From NCBI GenBank assembly GCA_030704615.1, contig CM060732.1, forward strand, positions 23,002,001 to 23,066,000: a DNA stretch of 64,000 bases, read 5' to 3'. Each line of letters begins with the position of its first letter. Within the stretch, counting starts at the first letter, position 1. Below, in pieces: positions 49,276-63,078 of the stretch. The DNA is from Takakia lepidozioides (Eukaryota; Plantae; Bryophyta). The position numbers and the translations under genes are program-made. The notes below the pieces were generated by a model. The model did no database searches. It saw only the letters and a list, made by a program, of their open reading frames with translations, and had not been told where the DNA came from.

Positions 49276-51808
49276 ATGGCGGAAAACCCGAGCGCTACAA
49301 TGTACTGCCCTCCTCACGAGCATAGAGCTTCATTTCTGTGCAGAGGGGACATCTGCCGGGTGATGGAGAAATATCTGTGCGTTCGATACCACCTGAAACC
49401 GGGGTCGGTTTTTTGGAGGAGGAAAGGAAGGACTCAAACGACGTTGTTGTCGAGAGTATTGTTGTGCTCCACGATGATTTCGGCAATGGCAGGGAATGGC
49501 GAGTTCACCATCGGACATCGTCATATACAGGGCTGTTGGGGACTTCATTTGCCCGCCAAATGCACCTTCTATCTTGGCGCCTTCAACGAAACAATCCGCG
49601 AATCAGAGAGTGGGTACCTCAAAGAGAGAAGTCCGCAACGAAGTAAATCCAGAGCCGAACCCATCAATGAAGACGAGCGAGAACCGGGTTATTCACAACC
49701 TGTCCGACTCAGACGAGGTCATGGAAGTTCCGAGATCGTCCTGGAGATCAGGCAAGTCCTCAATGGACGTCAATGGACAAGGGAGTCATATTCCCAGCAC
49801 GAGCACCGCAGTTCGATCTATTCTTGAAATTCTGCGAGGGCTTCACACGGAGGGACACCGCTCGGAGCTGGCCGGGCTGGACTACAGCAAGTTCGCAATT
49901 AAATCGGTTACATGCCTTCCCGCAGACGTCGACGGTAATATCTTCTTTGAGTTCCCTCCTCGGGCGGACTACTCGAGGGCGTCTGGAATGTTGACAGATA
50001 TGGATAGAAAACATAATGGTCATCCTTGGTGCGTTACCAAAACCACCAGCATGAAGATGCTCGATGGTGTGCGGGTGTGCTACGTTGTTTGTGCGGGCGC
50101 ATTGCAGTGTTTCTCCCCAACTTGCTTCCACTTTAAATCCAGAGGTCACATGAACGAGACCGATTGGACAGGCACAGCTCATCAACCATTTCGAGCTCAG
50201 GAGAAGGTTCCGAACTCCACATTTAAGTGTGCGCATTGCAAAGAACCACCACACTGCATGTCTGTTTGTAATGCCAAGCAGTTCTATGTGTTGCACCGTT
50301 TCCCTGACCTCACCCGAGCTTGCATACACGTTGGTTCCCATTGTTACAAATTGGCGAGGGGGAACTCACGGGAGGCTGCCCACGAGGCAGAGCAGCTCGT
50401 TCAGGAGGAGGTTAAGTTGAGACCGGGTGCCAAACCCAAACAGATACAGCTCCAAGCCACCCATAAGATGGCGTTGGCCATAATTATGTCGGAAGACGGC
50501 TCCGACAGAGTTCCTCTCGATGACAAGGAAATGGAGGCATTGCTGGAGTCGGTGTCCCACGTCTGTTCACCGAATGTCCGAAACCACATTGTGTCATGCA
50601 AACAGAAAATTGGGCATGGCTCGGATATACACTCAATTCTGGAGGTGAAGCGACGATGTGGATATGACTACATTCATGGAAGTCGGTTTCCAGGACAAGG
50701 GACTGAGGCAGATCGTTGTTTCGTATTCAAAATGTCGACGTGTGGACCTGGCAGCGGCGTCAAACTGGTCGACAGGATGACGAGTAGGGACTTGTCAAAT
50801 AGTTGGGTCATGTTCGACCATATCAAGTGAATTACAAATCACCAGTGGGTGACAATGGGTGCACATGTCTATGACACCCATTGCAGGATGCTAATGACAA
50901 TTGCTATTTGTGAGATGAAAGGAGAGGACACACAATCGGAGATGCTTCTTTGGCAGGGAATAAACGAACAGATGGCCAAGGCGGGATTGCCCCCTCCCAA
51001 TTTCCGTGGTTTCATGGCGGACAACGCACAAGCAAATTGGGCTGCCATCCGAAGGGTGTACGGGCAAGACCCCAATGTTCCCATGGAAGGCAAGGAGAGA
51101 TCTTGTGGGTTCCATTTTCTGCAGAGCCTTTCGCAGTACACAACCAGGCTCGTGGCGCCAGATTTCAGAGAGGAGCACCGTTCCATATGTCTTGCGTGGA
51201 AGCGCGCTCTCACCTTGGATGATGCATGGTGGCATTATCGTTTCCTCCAGTTCGGCGACTATATGCGGGAGGTGAGTTGCACGAATTCGCGTCCCGTTGA
51301 ATATTATTCTTGACATTATTTGTAACTTGCTTGTAACCTCAACATGTGCTTGTGCAGGAAATGTGTCTCGACTCCGACACCGACATGCCCACGACAAACA
51401 TGGCCGAATCAGTGCACTCTTCCTGGCGTACCTCCTCTGCGGCGCATCTGGTGGACATCCTCACTGCCACAACGGAGGACATTGTGAGGTCAATTATGCA
51501 GCAAAGCAGATACAACGAGTTCTTGAAAGGGAAACAGTGGGGCTTGGGGCCGGATAGGCAGGAAATGCTGATGCGGACTGCCTCCAGATCGAAGAATCCT
51601 CGGAAGTGGGCGGCGGCCTTGCGAGAGGGCCTTCGGGACACGCCATTGTTTCGAAGAGGCCAACATTTGGAAGGAGATGTTCATACCCGTCCAGTGAGAC
51701 GAAGACTTGACGAGGCACCTGGTGGAGAAGAGGATTCATGGCGAGCTGACAAGAATATTCGCATGCTCCCTCGTGGTCCTGTGATGTTGCCCGAGGAGGT
51801 CTCGTCGA
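49276..51808 (+). pseudogene. MULE transposase (GCM-like + DDE), disrupted and 3'-truncated
   Basis: Collinear with transposase 1 (MDRKHNGHPWC, RACIHVGSH, WVMFDH, FMADNAQAN, CGFHF, TNMAESVH), with the same intron position (51272-51357). TGA at 50828; SWIM region missing. Confidence 0.85.
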
Positions 51809-53448
51809 GCACCGCAAGGTCCCCTGTAAGCTCCATGGAACTTGCGTTGGGAAACCTTGCCCCCCTTACCACGCTGTTGGGCAGTCCCTTGTGCCTGTGG
51901 GCTGGCAGCTGCGCCTCGTGCAGGCATGTCTTTGCCAAATCCAATGGTAACAACTCGCTCCTCCACTATGTTAAGCTCAATCCGCTCAGCCAGCAGAAAT
52001 ACATCTGCTAATGTGGGTTGGGCTACTTGTAACAGGGTTGCATCCCGCACCCTTCTCCTGAGCTCCTTGTCCAAAATTCCATACCAGAACTGGATTGCCT
52101 GAGCTTCAGTAACCCCTTGGGTCACACTTATCAAGCGCCTCATACGAGTGTACGCCTCTCGCAGGCTCTCATTGGGTTTGCGCTGGAAGTCTTGCAAACT
52201 TCGCAGCTTCTTTGTCCGTACACCTTGGTAATTCCTCCACAACTCCTGGAAGAACTCCACCACCAGGTTGAATCTAGGCACATGTGTTGTAGTCGTGGCA
52301 GGAGGAGTAGTAGCACCTTTTGAACTGGTACCACCTGTAGAAGTACCGGCACTACTTGTTCCACTACTAGTGCTGGCAGTGGGAGATATTGGTACTGATG
52401 CAGCTACTGGTCGCGTCCTGCCTTGAGTAATGGAGACGTAGTCAGGTGACCAATACATCCTCCACTCCTCAATCTCTGTTTCATGTCCTCGCCTGAACTC
52501 GTGGTAATCGTCCATAGCCGGGCCTTCCAAATGCTGGAACAGTCCCTTCCACGCCATGAATGGGGTGAATAGCTGTGGATTGCGCATCTGCTGCAAATCA
52601 CACCAGCTGTCGAACTCCTGGATAAAGTCATCCAACTCAATTGTGCCCACAGCTCCAGAGTACCTACGAGGCCCCTTGGTAGCTCCATACATCTCCTCCA
52701 TGTCGTCCCACAACAATGGCGAATGAAACTGCACACCTGTTGATGAAGCCTCCGAGTCTATGTTTGACTCTGCACTAGTTGAAGGTGGAGGTGAAGGTGG
52801 TCTGAAATGAACACCTCGTCTGGTGAACCCACTCTCACTGCTACTGCCTGTAGCCGTGCTCCCCTCAGAACCCCTGGGTAACTCCGTGATGACACTCACA
52901 ATGTGCACCTCCCCCACGTGACACTTTAAGGCTCTATTACTAATTCTAATAGTGACACGGGTAGGTACTTGTTGCAGTTTAAGGGTCATATCCCAGTGGC
53001 TCAGGGCACCTGCACCTGCATCCACCGCAAGAACTCCTATGGTTGGCTGGTCATCAACCCAGTCTCACCATAGAAGAAACACTGGTGGTCTTGCTGGTCA
53101 TCACTCCAGCCTCACCACCGACAGCATACTCTAGGATTGACAGGTGATCAAATCCGGCCTAATCCCTATGAAAGCAAGCGCCCACACAAAACCAACATGG
53201 CGCACAGTCAAGCATGCAGGTGTTGGGGGGGATCCAAACACAAGAAATCAAAACATCAACACCCCCACACCAAAATCCATCTGCAGTGCTGACCTGCAGA
53301 ATATCCCAGCCCAAAACCCCGGACTGACTGGCCTCCACCAAGAGAGGCTTTGGCAACTACAAGTACAAGGTAAGTACCTCGCTCTGCATGATGGTAAGGT
53401 GTAGGTAGGTATATCTATGTCCAGAAACCTGCCACTAACCTTGTCCCA
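51809..53448 (-). mobile_element. Inverted 5' fragment of Gypsy copy 2 (upstream region + gag N-terminus)
   Basis: Reverse complement of copy-1 positions ~25338-27070. ORF 51736-53025 repeats the copy-1 Gag N-terminus. Confidence 0.92.
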
Positions 53449-53451
53449 TTC

Positions 53452-56400
53452 GCATCTTTCGCAGGCCAACAGCAACCAGGGGTGATATGTTGGACATGTG
53501 GAGGACCCCATGTCAAGAGAGATTGCCCAAAGAGTGGCAAAAGGCCGGCACAAGCACAGCCTGCACAGTTGCAGTGTGGGCATTGCGGCAAGTATGGGCA
53601 TGGAGATGCCCAGTGTTATGACTTGCATCCTGAGTTGCGCCCAGGCCAGTTCCAAGGGAACAATGGTGGCCGGGGGCGAGGTGGACCAGCCCAAAGAGGA
53701 CGAGGTGGTCGGGCACGAGGTGCAGGCCAAGGGCAAGCTCCACATGGCCAAGGACGCGGAGTTCAGGGTGTTGACCAAGGCATGGCCAATCGGCTTCAGC
53801 AGCTAGAGCAGAGGCTCGTTGCCATGGCTATAGCTCAGGCGGTACCGGCTCCCAGGCGGGATGGTCCACCTCCTGCTCCTGAGGGAGGAGATATGGGAGG
53901 TATGGGATTCATGTGCGGAGCAGCACTACCACTAGTGCAGGTGGAGTCTGCTGCAGCCGTGACTCGAGGAGCAGCACGAGTTCCTGAGCCACGAGGTGCA
54001 GAGGTGGAGTTGGATCCACAACGTGGGGAGGCAAGCCGTCAGGCGAGGCTGCCTCAGTCATTCACCTTGGCAGAGACAGTGTCAACGCCATCCATAACAC
54101 CTAGTTCTCGCCCGACTGTTACCAAGGCGGAGGTTTCTATGCCATTGGGGAGAGCTACACGTGCAGCACTGACACCTGCTACCAAGGCTAGTGCAGCCGG
54201 TGTGTTGTTGGGGGCAGCCACCTTTGTGTGTCAAGCCCCACTGTTCTCGGCAACCATGATTGCGACGCCGGGAGTGAGACCAGCTGTAGTGTTCAGACTA
54301 GTAGCAACACTCTGTGAGAGTGGGGAGGTCACTTCATCTTTTGCGGAGTTAGTGGAAGGTGTAGTGGCAGAGGGATCCTCGGATTTGAGGGTCAAGACTG
54401 CCACGGCAGCGCCCTGGCAAGCTGCAGCTGCCAGATTGACGGAGCTGCCAGCTAGGCCAGCCTTTGAGCGCGCCACAGTGACACCTGGAGTTGTCTTGTT
54501 AGACAACCAGGGAGGCATTTTCACTTTGAGTGGACCGGCAGGCAAGAAGTACCAGCCACTGCGGGTCTTGTTGGACTCGGGAGCCCAGCCACTGATGTTG
54601 GGCAGAGCTGCTATTGTAGGTTTGGGCCTCATGGAGGCGGATATGGAGCCTTGTCCTTTCCAGATACAGACATCTCTGGGAGGATCAGAGCAGGCTCGGG
54701 GCATGACATGGCATCAGTTGGCCATTAGACTGCAGCCGGATCATCCTAGAGATGGCTCAGTGATGCGAGCCAAGGCCATTGTGACAGACGCGATCTCTTA
54801 TGATATCCTCGTTGGTGGGGCAGTATTATATCCCATGGGCTTCACCCTGGACTTTTGGGAGGAGTCAGCATCCTACAGGCCTGGATGGCAGTCAGGCGAT
54901 GGTCGCCGTGCACAGCTCCCTGTGACATTCATTGGGGGTATAGCGGCTGCCCAGCGGGGCAAGATGCCAACACTAGCCGCCTTTACAGCTGCAGTTAGTT
55001 GGCCTAGAGAGTTGCTGGAAGGCAATGCCCATGCAGAGGATGTGCCACCTCCAGTAGAGCAGGATGATATGCATGGTATGGCGGAGTTGCCTGCCATGGT
55101 TGCTCACACTCCATTGTGGGGTACAAGCAAGGATTTGCAGCAAGCTGCTGATAGACGGGTGCAACAAGCTTGGGTAGAAGCTTTTGTACCGTCAGGAGAG
55201 GAGGAGAGTGCAGTGATTGCACCAGGGAAACCTCAGTTGTTGCCATTGGACACCACACCTCTTGTGTGGCAGCGGCCGGATGAAGGCATATGCCTTCTGG
55301 ACTTATTTGGCGGGATCAGCACTGGATTGGCTGCAGTGCTGCAGGCAGGTGTACAAGTTCGACGTTACCTGTATGTGGAGAGGGATGAGACTGCACGACG
55401 CGTCTCACTACGCCATGTTGCTCAGATGCTGCAGCAGTACCCTGAGTTGTTGCCGGTGTCTGCAGTTCGTGGATATCAGCAGGCCTTGCCAGCAGACATT
55501 GCGTTGCTGGGGGCGCAGGATTTGGAGCGGGTTGGCTCCATTGATCTGGTAGTGGCAGGTTGGCCCTGCCAAGGGCATTCATCAGCCGGGCATGGCAATG
55601 GATTGCGAGACTCGAGGACGGGTCTGTTTTGGGAGATGGTGCGGATTTTGCGCCACTTGCAGCTTCATCAAGCTGTATCGCCAGCATACATCTTGGAGAA
55701 TGTGCCACTGATGGGCAATTCTCGGGCCAGGGTGATGGCCAGTGTGCATCAAGTTCGATCATGGCTTGGGTCAGCAGTGCTGCTGGATGCAGCTGCAGTG
55801 GGATCACGGGCTCATTGTCCACGGCTATGGTGGACTAACTTGATGCCACCCGCACTGCTCAAGCGTGCATTTGATGGGGTGCAGCGGCCAGCACACCTCA
55901 CCGTGGATGGCATTTTGGACACAGGGAGGCAGTCTCAACGTGTGAGACACGATGACCGTTCGCCTTTGGCAGTGGTCAACAGGGTGGGTCAACCACGAGT
56001 AGCATTACCTACACTGCTCAGCTTCCCAGGATCCCATGCTTTTCGGGATGGTGGACCTGGCCTCCTGTGGGATGCTCAGTTGCAGCAGTTAGTGGAGCCT
56101 AATGCCGACGAGCGAGAGCGGGCTATGGGGTTTTCCACTGGGACCACGGCGGTGCCTTCTCTTTCTGAGGCATCACGGCGTCAGGTGTTGGGGCAAGCAA
56201 TGGATCTCAATTGCTTGACCTGGATTATCAGCTTGGCTATGGCTGAGCAACGTAGAGTGCGGAGTGCACTCCCCTTCATGGTCTCTCTGCCTACCGAGAC
56301 GGTACAGGCAGCGAGTGGGGGCGAGCCGGTGAGGACCACGGGGTGTAGACATCCATAGCACACGTGGGAGGTGCTCGAGGTCCAAAGGGAGTTGGCAGCC

Positions 56401-59400
56401 AAGGCAGCTGTGATGGATGAGGTTGGGGATTTTTCTCGAGTTGAGGAGGTTCCCAATGATGAGATGATGGGGCAGGATGAGGCCTTGTCATTGACTGAGC
56501 AGGAAGGGGGTACTGCTCAAGAGGTTGCAGCATAGCAACCACGGGACGCGTCCTCTACCTCTAAGCCCACTGGACTTAAGATTGCAGTTACGGAGGACAA
56601 TTGGGAGCCTGACATTGGACCCATTGTCACCGGAGGAGAGAGACGACGTATACGGCGGTTCCTGAGGGCTTACAGGAATTGCTTTGCCTTCAGTTTGAAG
56701 GACTTGGGAGCACTGAAGGGTCAAGAGATCCGTATTGAGTTGGCCACTGACACGCCAATCTTTCGAAGACCCTATAGATACAGTGACATGGAGAGGTCTT
56801 TGATTCAGATGAGGACTCAAGATCTCTGGGAGGCAGGTTTGGTGGAGCTCTCTGGTGGAGAGTATGCTTCAGCCACAGTGATGCCAGCTAAGAAGGATGT
56901 CTATGGCAATTGGACGGAGAGACGTATGTGCGGTGATTACCGGCCTGTAAATCGTCAGACTAAGTCCGATAGGTATGCCATGCCAACACCAGACGAGATC
57001 TTTGATGCCATTGGGCATTCCAAGGTCTTTAGCACGTTGGATTTACGATCCGGATATCACCAACTGCCGATCAAGGAGACGGATAAGCAAAAGACATCAT
57101 TCTGGGGGATCAATGAGCACGGGAAGGATTGCCTATACCAGTGGCGGTTCTTACCATTTGGGCTTAAAAACGCTCCCGCTGAGTTTTAAAGAGTCATGGA
57201 CAGGATACTAGCAGGGGTGGAGTTTGCTCGGTGCTACATAGATGATATCATCATCTTTAGTGCTACGGTGGAGGAGCATGAGAGACACCTTCAGGGGGTA
57301 TTTGAGCGCTTAAGGACGCACGGATTGAAGTTACATCCGGGCAAGTGCAAGTTTTTCCACAACCAGATTGAGTATCTGGGTCACATGATATATCCTGGAG
57401 GATTGGGGGTACAGCAGACTAAGGTAGAGTCCATTGCACAGGTTCCACGCCCCACGGATGTGAGCCGTATTTGAGCTTTCATGGGGTTAGCAAACTATTA
57501 CAGACGGTTTGTTAAGGGATTCAGTGCCATTGCAAAGGCTGTAACCAAGGTGACCAAGGTGGACCAGGAGTGGCAGTGGGAAGATGAGCAAGAACAAGCT
57601 TTTCAAGAGCTCAAGGCGAGGTTGACCTCGGCGCCCATCTTGAGATGACCTATCAGGGGGCGTCCTTTTCAGCTGCATACAGATTGGAGCATGCTGGGGC
57701 TTGGAGCGGTGCTCACACAGGTGGATGATGAGGGAAGAGAGTTCGTAGTGGCTTATGCTAGCCGCTCGAACAATGCTGCAGAGTCTAAGTATAGCTCATA
57801 TGAGGGAGAATGCTTAGCTGCAGTGTGGGCCGTGGCACACTTCAGGTGCTATCTATATGGCAATCTCTTCACCCTTGTCACGGATCACCAACCACTCAAG
57901 TGGTTGATGGAGTCAGACAAGCTTACGGGGAAGCTTGCATGGTGGGCACTCATCCTTCAAGAGTATGACTTCCAGGTGGTGCATCGACCGGGTTTGGTCA
58001 ATCGCAATGCAGATGGGTTGAGTCGCAATCCATGCATGAGCCAGCAGGATGACATTGGAGCTCGGTGGCATGGTGAGACGGACGAGGAGATGGTGCCCGG
58101 ATGGCATGCATCTGCATTTTCTGTGTATCTTGGCAGCGGAAGGCCAGGTTGGACCTGCAACAGGGATGACTGTAGATCAAGTGTCTGAGGACCCTGAGGC
58201 CAGCAATGAGCAAGGTGGCGCCAAAGATATACATGAGGATTCAGTTGTGTTGGACTACCTCCGCACTGGAGATACGGCAGCCACTGTGCCTGCTAAGGAG
58301 AGGGATCGGATCCTACAACGAGCCAAGAGGTTCAAGTGGGAAGGGACACACCTGCTCCAAGTGTGGGAGGATGGTCAAGTGAGGATTGTGCCTCACCCAA
58401 CACAGCGGGCACGGTTAGTGTGCCATGCCCATGAGGAGTTGGGGCATTTTGGGGTGCAACGCACTTATAGTCTACTGCAGGGGCAGTATTTGTGGCGTGG
58501 TATGCACACAGAGGTGCAACAATTTGTGGCTAGGTGCATGGTGTGTGACAGGGTGCGTGCTTCATTCAACACCCCTACTCCACAATTGCACCCTCTTCCG
58601 ATCATGGGATTGGGCTACAGGTGGAGTCTTGACTTCGCAAGGCCGTTGCCACTGACCATGCGCCACAACAAGTACGTGTTGGTGATGGTGGAGCACTTCT
58701 CCAAGTGGATTGAATTGGTTCCATTGCCTGATAAGGCTAGTGAGGGAGCTGCGTATGCATTCCTGGATTGTGTGCTTAGCCGATTCGGTGCTCCAGCTGA
58801 GGTACTCACGGACCAAGGGAGAGAGTTCTTGGGGGAGTTTCAGGCTTTGTGTGACAAGGCCTTGATAGACCACCGCACCACTTCTCGGGATCATCCTGAG
58901 GCTGATGGCTTGGCAGAGAGTTGTTTAGACAGTAAAGAGGGGTTTGCGCAAGTATGGCTTGCAGAAGGGACACCTGGGAGATTGGGACCTTCAGTTACCC
59001 TGGTTAGCCATGGGCTACAAGTTCAGCAAGCAAGCATCACTTGCCTCCTTCTCACCATACTTTCTTCTCTTTGGCCGAGAGCCGGATTTGCCTACATCCA
59101 TTCGCAGAGAAGCTGCTACAGTTCTTAACCTTGACGATCCGGACGTGTGGGCACGTGCATGTGAGCAGCGTGCAGAGTTGTTCAAGAGAGTCATGCCCAT
59201 GGCTTTCGAGAACCTTGCCATTGCACAACACCGTGATACGTTGAGGTATGCTACCATACGTGGTGGGGGCTATCGTCCTGGGGTTCGGAGATTCAACCCT
59301 GGTGACTATGTCTATCTGCAGCAGACTGCTCCTACGACCCTGGATGTGACTGCAGGACGTGTTATTTTGAGGGTTCGAGAGGTCTTGCCCTCAGGCGTCT

Positions 59401-60456
59401 TGGTCTTGGAGGGTCGGGATGGCATAACTTGGAAGGACCATATGCGTAATTGTGCGCCATGTCACCTTCCGAATGTCGATGGCAGGATTGACCCAAACCT
59501 GGCAGTGGTATCTGCAGGTTTGAGGTGCATGTTGTGTGGGTCTACTAAAGGGGCAACCACCATGCTGGTGTGTGATCGATGCTCTAGAGATTGGCATATG
59601 GGATGCTTGACTCCACCTCTTGAGATGGTTCCGGATGGGGATTGGTTATGTCCACGATGCATTGGATAGTGGGAGTAGATACAACCATGGAAGGCTAACA
59701 AGCAACGCAAGGCCCAGCTACAGGAGACCTTGAATACACAAAGTCCTGGCTCAAGTTCACAGATTGCAAGACGGCGACTAACGATGGGGCTACTCTTGTA
59801 CCCGGCCTCTTGGTCTATAGAGTTTGAGTACGATAGGGACAATGATAGAGGACTTAGTACGGCTATGGCTATTACGTCTTGTAGCTATCTGGAGGTAGAG
59901 GGACCTATCCACCAGCTAGGGGGGCGATTGTGGTAGACTACTTTATTGTGCATGTATGTGTGGTGTGGTTTGGACAGCGATGTAGTTGTGTTGCGATATG
60001 TATGCGCACGACAGCTGTCAAGTTAAATAAGCACAGTGTGAAACTAGCTAGAATAAAGCTAGTTATTTGTATTTAACACTTGGATTTAGGTCAAGTGTTA
60101 AATTAGGTGTCAAGTTTAGTTTGACACCTGACCCGTCTTATCTTCACGAGAGCGGCAGTCGCGTAGCTCATCTCTCTCGAGTTGAGCCTGCGCGACCGAG
60201 CTCCTGCATCGTTTAGGACTGAGTGTGCTCATGATGGGAGTGTAGGTTGTTGTGGGGTGGAGTCCCCACAGCTTGGGGTGCCCCTGGCTCGACTTCTGTT
60301 TTAAAGAGTGATAGCGATGGATTTCATATTTCTTGTGTTGGGAGTGTGTGTCCTTTTAGCTTTCTTATCATTGTGGTAGACTACTTTATTGTGCATGTAT
60401 GTGTGGTGTGGTTTGGACAGCGATGTAGTTGTGTTGCGATACGTATGCGCACGACA
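53452..60456 (+). mobile_element. Ty3/Gypsy copy 2, from zinc knuckles to the B-A-B right end
   Basis: Collinear with copy 1 from ~27081. B at 59929-60013, A at 60016-60370, B at 60372-60456, followed by TTCT. Confidence 0.92.
53482..59669 (+). pseudogene. Gag(part)-PR-DNMT-RT-RH-IN-PHD of copy 2 (multiple stops and frameshifts)
   Basis: Same motifs as copy 1. DNMT motif VIII changed to HCPR; extra stops at 56356 and 57187; frameshifts near 58120 and 58920. Confidence 0.9.
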
Positions 60457-62857
60457 TTCTGAATGATGTACTCATCTACAATATCACACAGGTCATTCAA
60501 TTTTCGGGCTTTAGAACTTCCTTCCACAACTTCTCGTTCCACAGATTCTGCCTCATCTGCATCCCACACCCTTCGTACACTTCCATCAAATCCTGCCATA
60601 TACTCTGTGCAAAAACCCAATGCTTCTTCAAATTGGTATCCTTCTGCCATGCTCCCCCCGGGCCTTGCCATGTTTCTTACGTAGCCCTTCATATCTTTCA
60701 TTGCCCGCTCCATGGGGTACATCGAACGAGATGCTACGGGCCCGCATAAGTACAACTCATCCACTAGGTGAACAACCAGATGTGTCATCACATCAAAAAA
60801 TGATGGTGGGAACTCCTTCTCTATAAGACACAGAGTGAGAACTGCTTCAGTTCTCAATTCCTCATACTCTACAGGATTCACCACTTTTGCACACAACTTC
60901 TGAAATACACAACATACTCGCAAAATGGCCCTTCGAGGACCACTTGGCATGAGCCCACGGATAGCAAGCGGTATAATTTGCTGCATGAGCACATGATAGT
61001 CATGTGATTTCATGCCTGACAACTTCTTCTTCACCACATGCTTTTTGAAAGCTGATGCGTAGCCTGTTGGCACTTTCAAGTTCTGCACAATCTCCAAAAA
61101 GACTTGTAACTCAGCCTCAGTGAGGACATAAGGGGCAGGAGGCATAATTAACGTATCTGCTCTGTCAAGATCACGTTGTAGCCACAATTCCGGGCGCATC
61201 CCAAGTAGCTCCAAATCACGGCGAACTTTCAATGTGTCTTTCTCACCAAATATAGTTTTAATAATATTTTCAGCCAAGTTCTTCTCGCAATGCATTGCGT
61301 CAAACGTGTGGCGGATGAGGAGACCCTACAAAATGAACACATAACCAATTGAGGCATTAACTCATCACAATTTAAACAGAAAATGCAAAAATGTACACAG
61401 CCAATTTAAAGGCCATGAAGAAATTACCTCCCAATAAGGTAAGATATATAAAATTGACAATCGCTTAACTCCATGAGTTTTTGCTGGGTTTGTCCTGCTA
61501 TCTGGCGTCCCTCCGTTTTCCACCCATGCAGTGCGAGTTGTTGCAAGGTCCTTGATTTGTGTTCCAGTCTGCATTTTTGGAGGAGTTCCATGCTCAATAG
61601 CGCCATTGAACATTCTTGACCTTCTATATGGATGATTGCGGGCCAAAAATCTTCGGTGGCCTAGGAAAACAATTTTTCCACATGTGTGTAACTGTTGTGA
61701 AGTCACCCCGGGTCCACAAGCAAGACAACCAGCATAACCTTTCGTCACTTGACCTGAGAGCAAGCCATATGCAGGGTAGTCATGGATTGACCACATCAAC
61801 ACTGCCCGCAATGTGAATTCGCGTTGACCACGAGGACGGGAAACATCATGAGCTGCAATCCCTCTCCATAGTTCCAATAGCTCTTCCACTAGGGGCATCA
61901 GGTAAACATCTACGTTGTCCGAGGTAACAGACTCCTTACCAGGAATCAGTAGCGCTAACATGACAAAGAACTTTTTGGTCATTAACCACGGAGGCAGATT
62001 GTAATTGACCAAGAGAACGGGCCATGTGCTCCGACTTGTGGATTGAGCTCCGTAGGGATTTACACCGTCTAAGGCCAATCGAAGTCGCAGAGATCGTGGC
62101 TCTGCAGCAAAATCCGCAAATGTGGTGTCAATGTGTCTCCATGCTTTGCTATCAGCTGGATGTCGAACCAACCCATCCTGGCTCTTATGTCTGTCGTGCC
62201 ATGTCATGAGGTTAGCGATCAATTTACATCGGTACATACGTTTCAACCTTGGAATGACAGGGAAGTGTCGCAATACTTTCTTGGGCACACTTCCACGACC
62301 TGGAATGTAACGGGAACTGCGGCACACTGGGCAAATGTCTACATTCTCATACTCCCCACGGAAGAGTACACAACCACGCTCACAGGCATGAATCATCGTG
62401 TACTGCAATCCCATCTTGGCAATCATGGTTTTTGCTTCATAGTGAGTTTTCGACAATGAATTCTCTCTAGGAAAAAAACTCTTACGCAAGTATCCCAGAA
62501 GCTCATCCACAAATGCATTGGTGCACTTGTGGGTAGTGCATGCGTTCAGCAACGTCAAAGTTGCTTGTAGCCGGCTGATGGAGCACCCTTCAAAAAGTGG
62601 ACATTGCGACGCTCGGAAGAGTTTATCATACTCGGGATCAACGTGCAGGTGAGCATTCTCATCAAATTGTCTCCGGAATCGTCGAGATCATCGTCATGAT
62701 CGGCAAATGTGTGATCGGTTCCACCATGAATGGGGTCCTCTCTGTTTGCATCTGCAAAGAGAAACGCTTCTTGCAATGCACGCTGCATTTCTACCTCCAA
62801 TCCACCACTCTCATACGTTCCATCCCTGCGTTTTGAAGATCTGGCTTGAATGGGCAC
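60457..62857 (-). pseudogene. CACTA/EnSpm transposase (Transposase_21 + DUF4218 regions)
   Basis: IHACERGCVLFR, HPADSKAWRHID, LALDGVNPY, YNLPPW, DYPAYG, MHCEKN, MKSHDYH, FPPSFFDVMTHLVVHL, MYPMER; intron near 61325-61428. Confidence 0.92.
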
Positions 62858-63078
62858 ACTCCGGCAGTGGAAGGCTCACGGAGTAATGAGTTTGGGCTGA
62901 TATGCATGCTGACATGCCATGCCGTTGCAAAGAACAACGTTCTGAGTGGCGATTGTGATCTCAAAATCTACCCCTGCATTCAAGCTTATTTCTCTCTCGA
63001 GCAGAGCCGCCTTGTGGATGTTCCAGCCAGTGTCCAAAAACAGCTCAAGTGCAAGACAACAACATCAGCAAGGCATGG

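Larger units (their letters stand above)
37585..51808. mobile_element. Mutator-like element 3 (same architecture as element 1, opposite orientation, right end lost)
   Basis: Left end GGGGGGCTGCTATTTCATGAGCC resembles the MTase-side end of element 1 and is followed by CATGAGC subterminal repeats. Contains ParB-MTase (-), palindrome arrays and transposase (+). Truncated by a Gypsy fragment. Confidence 0.7.
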
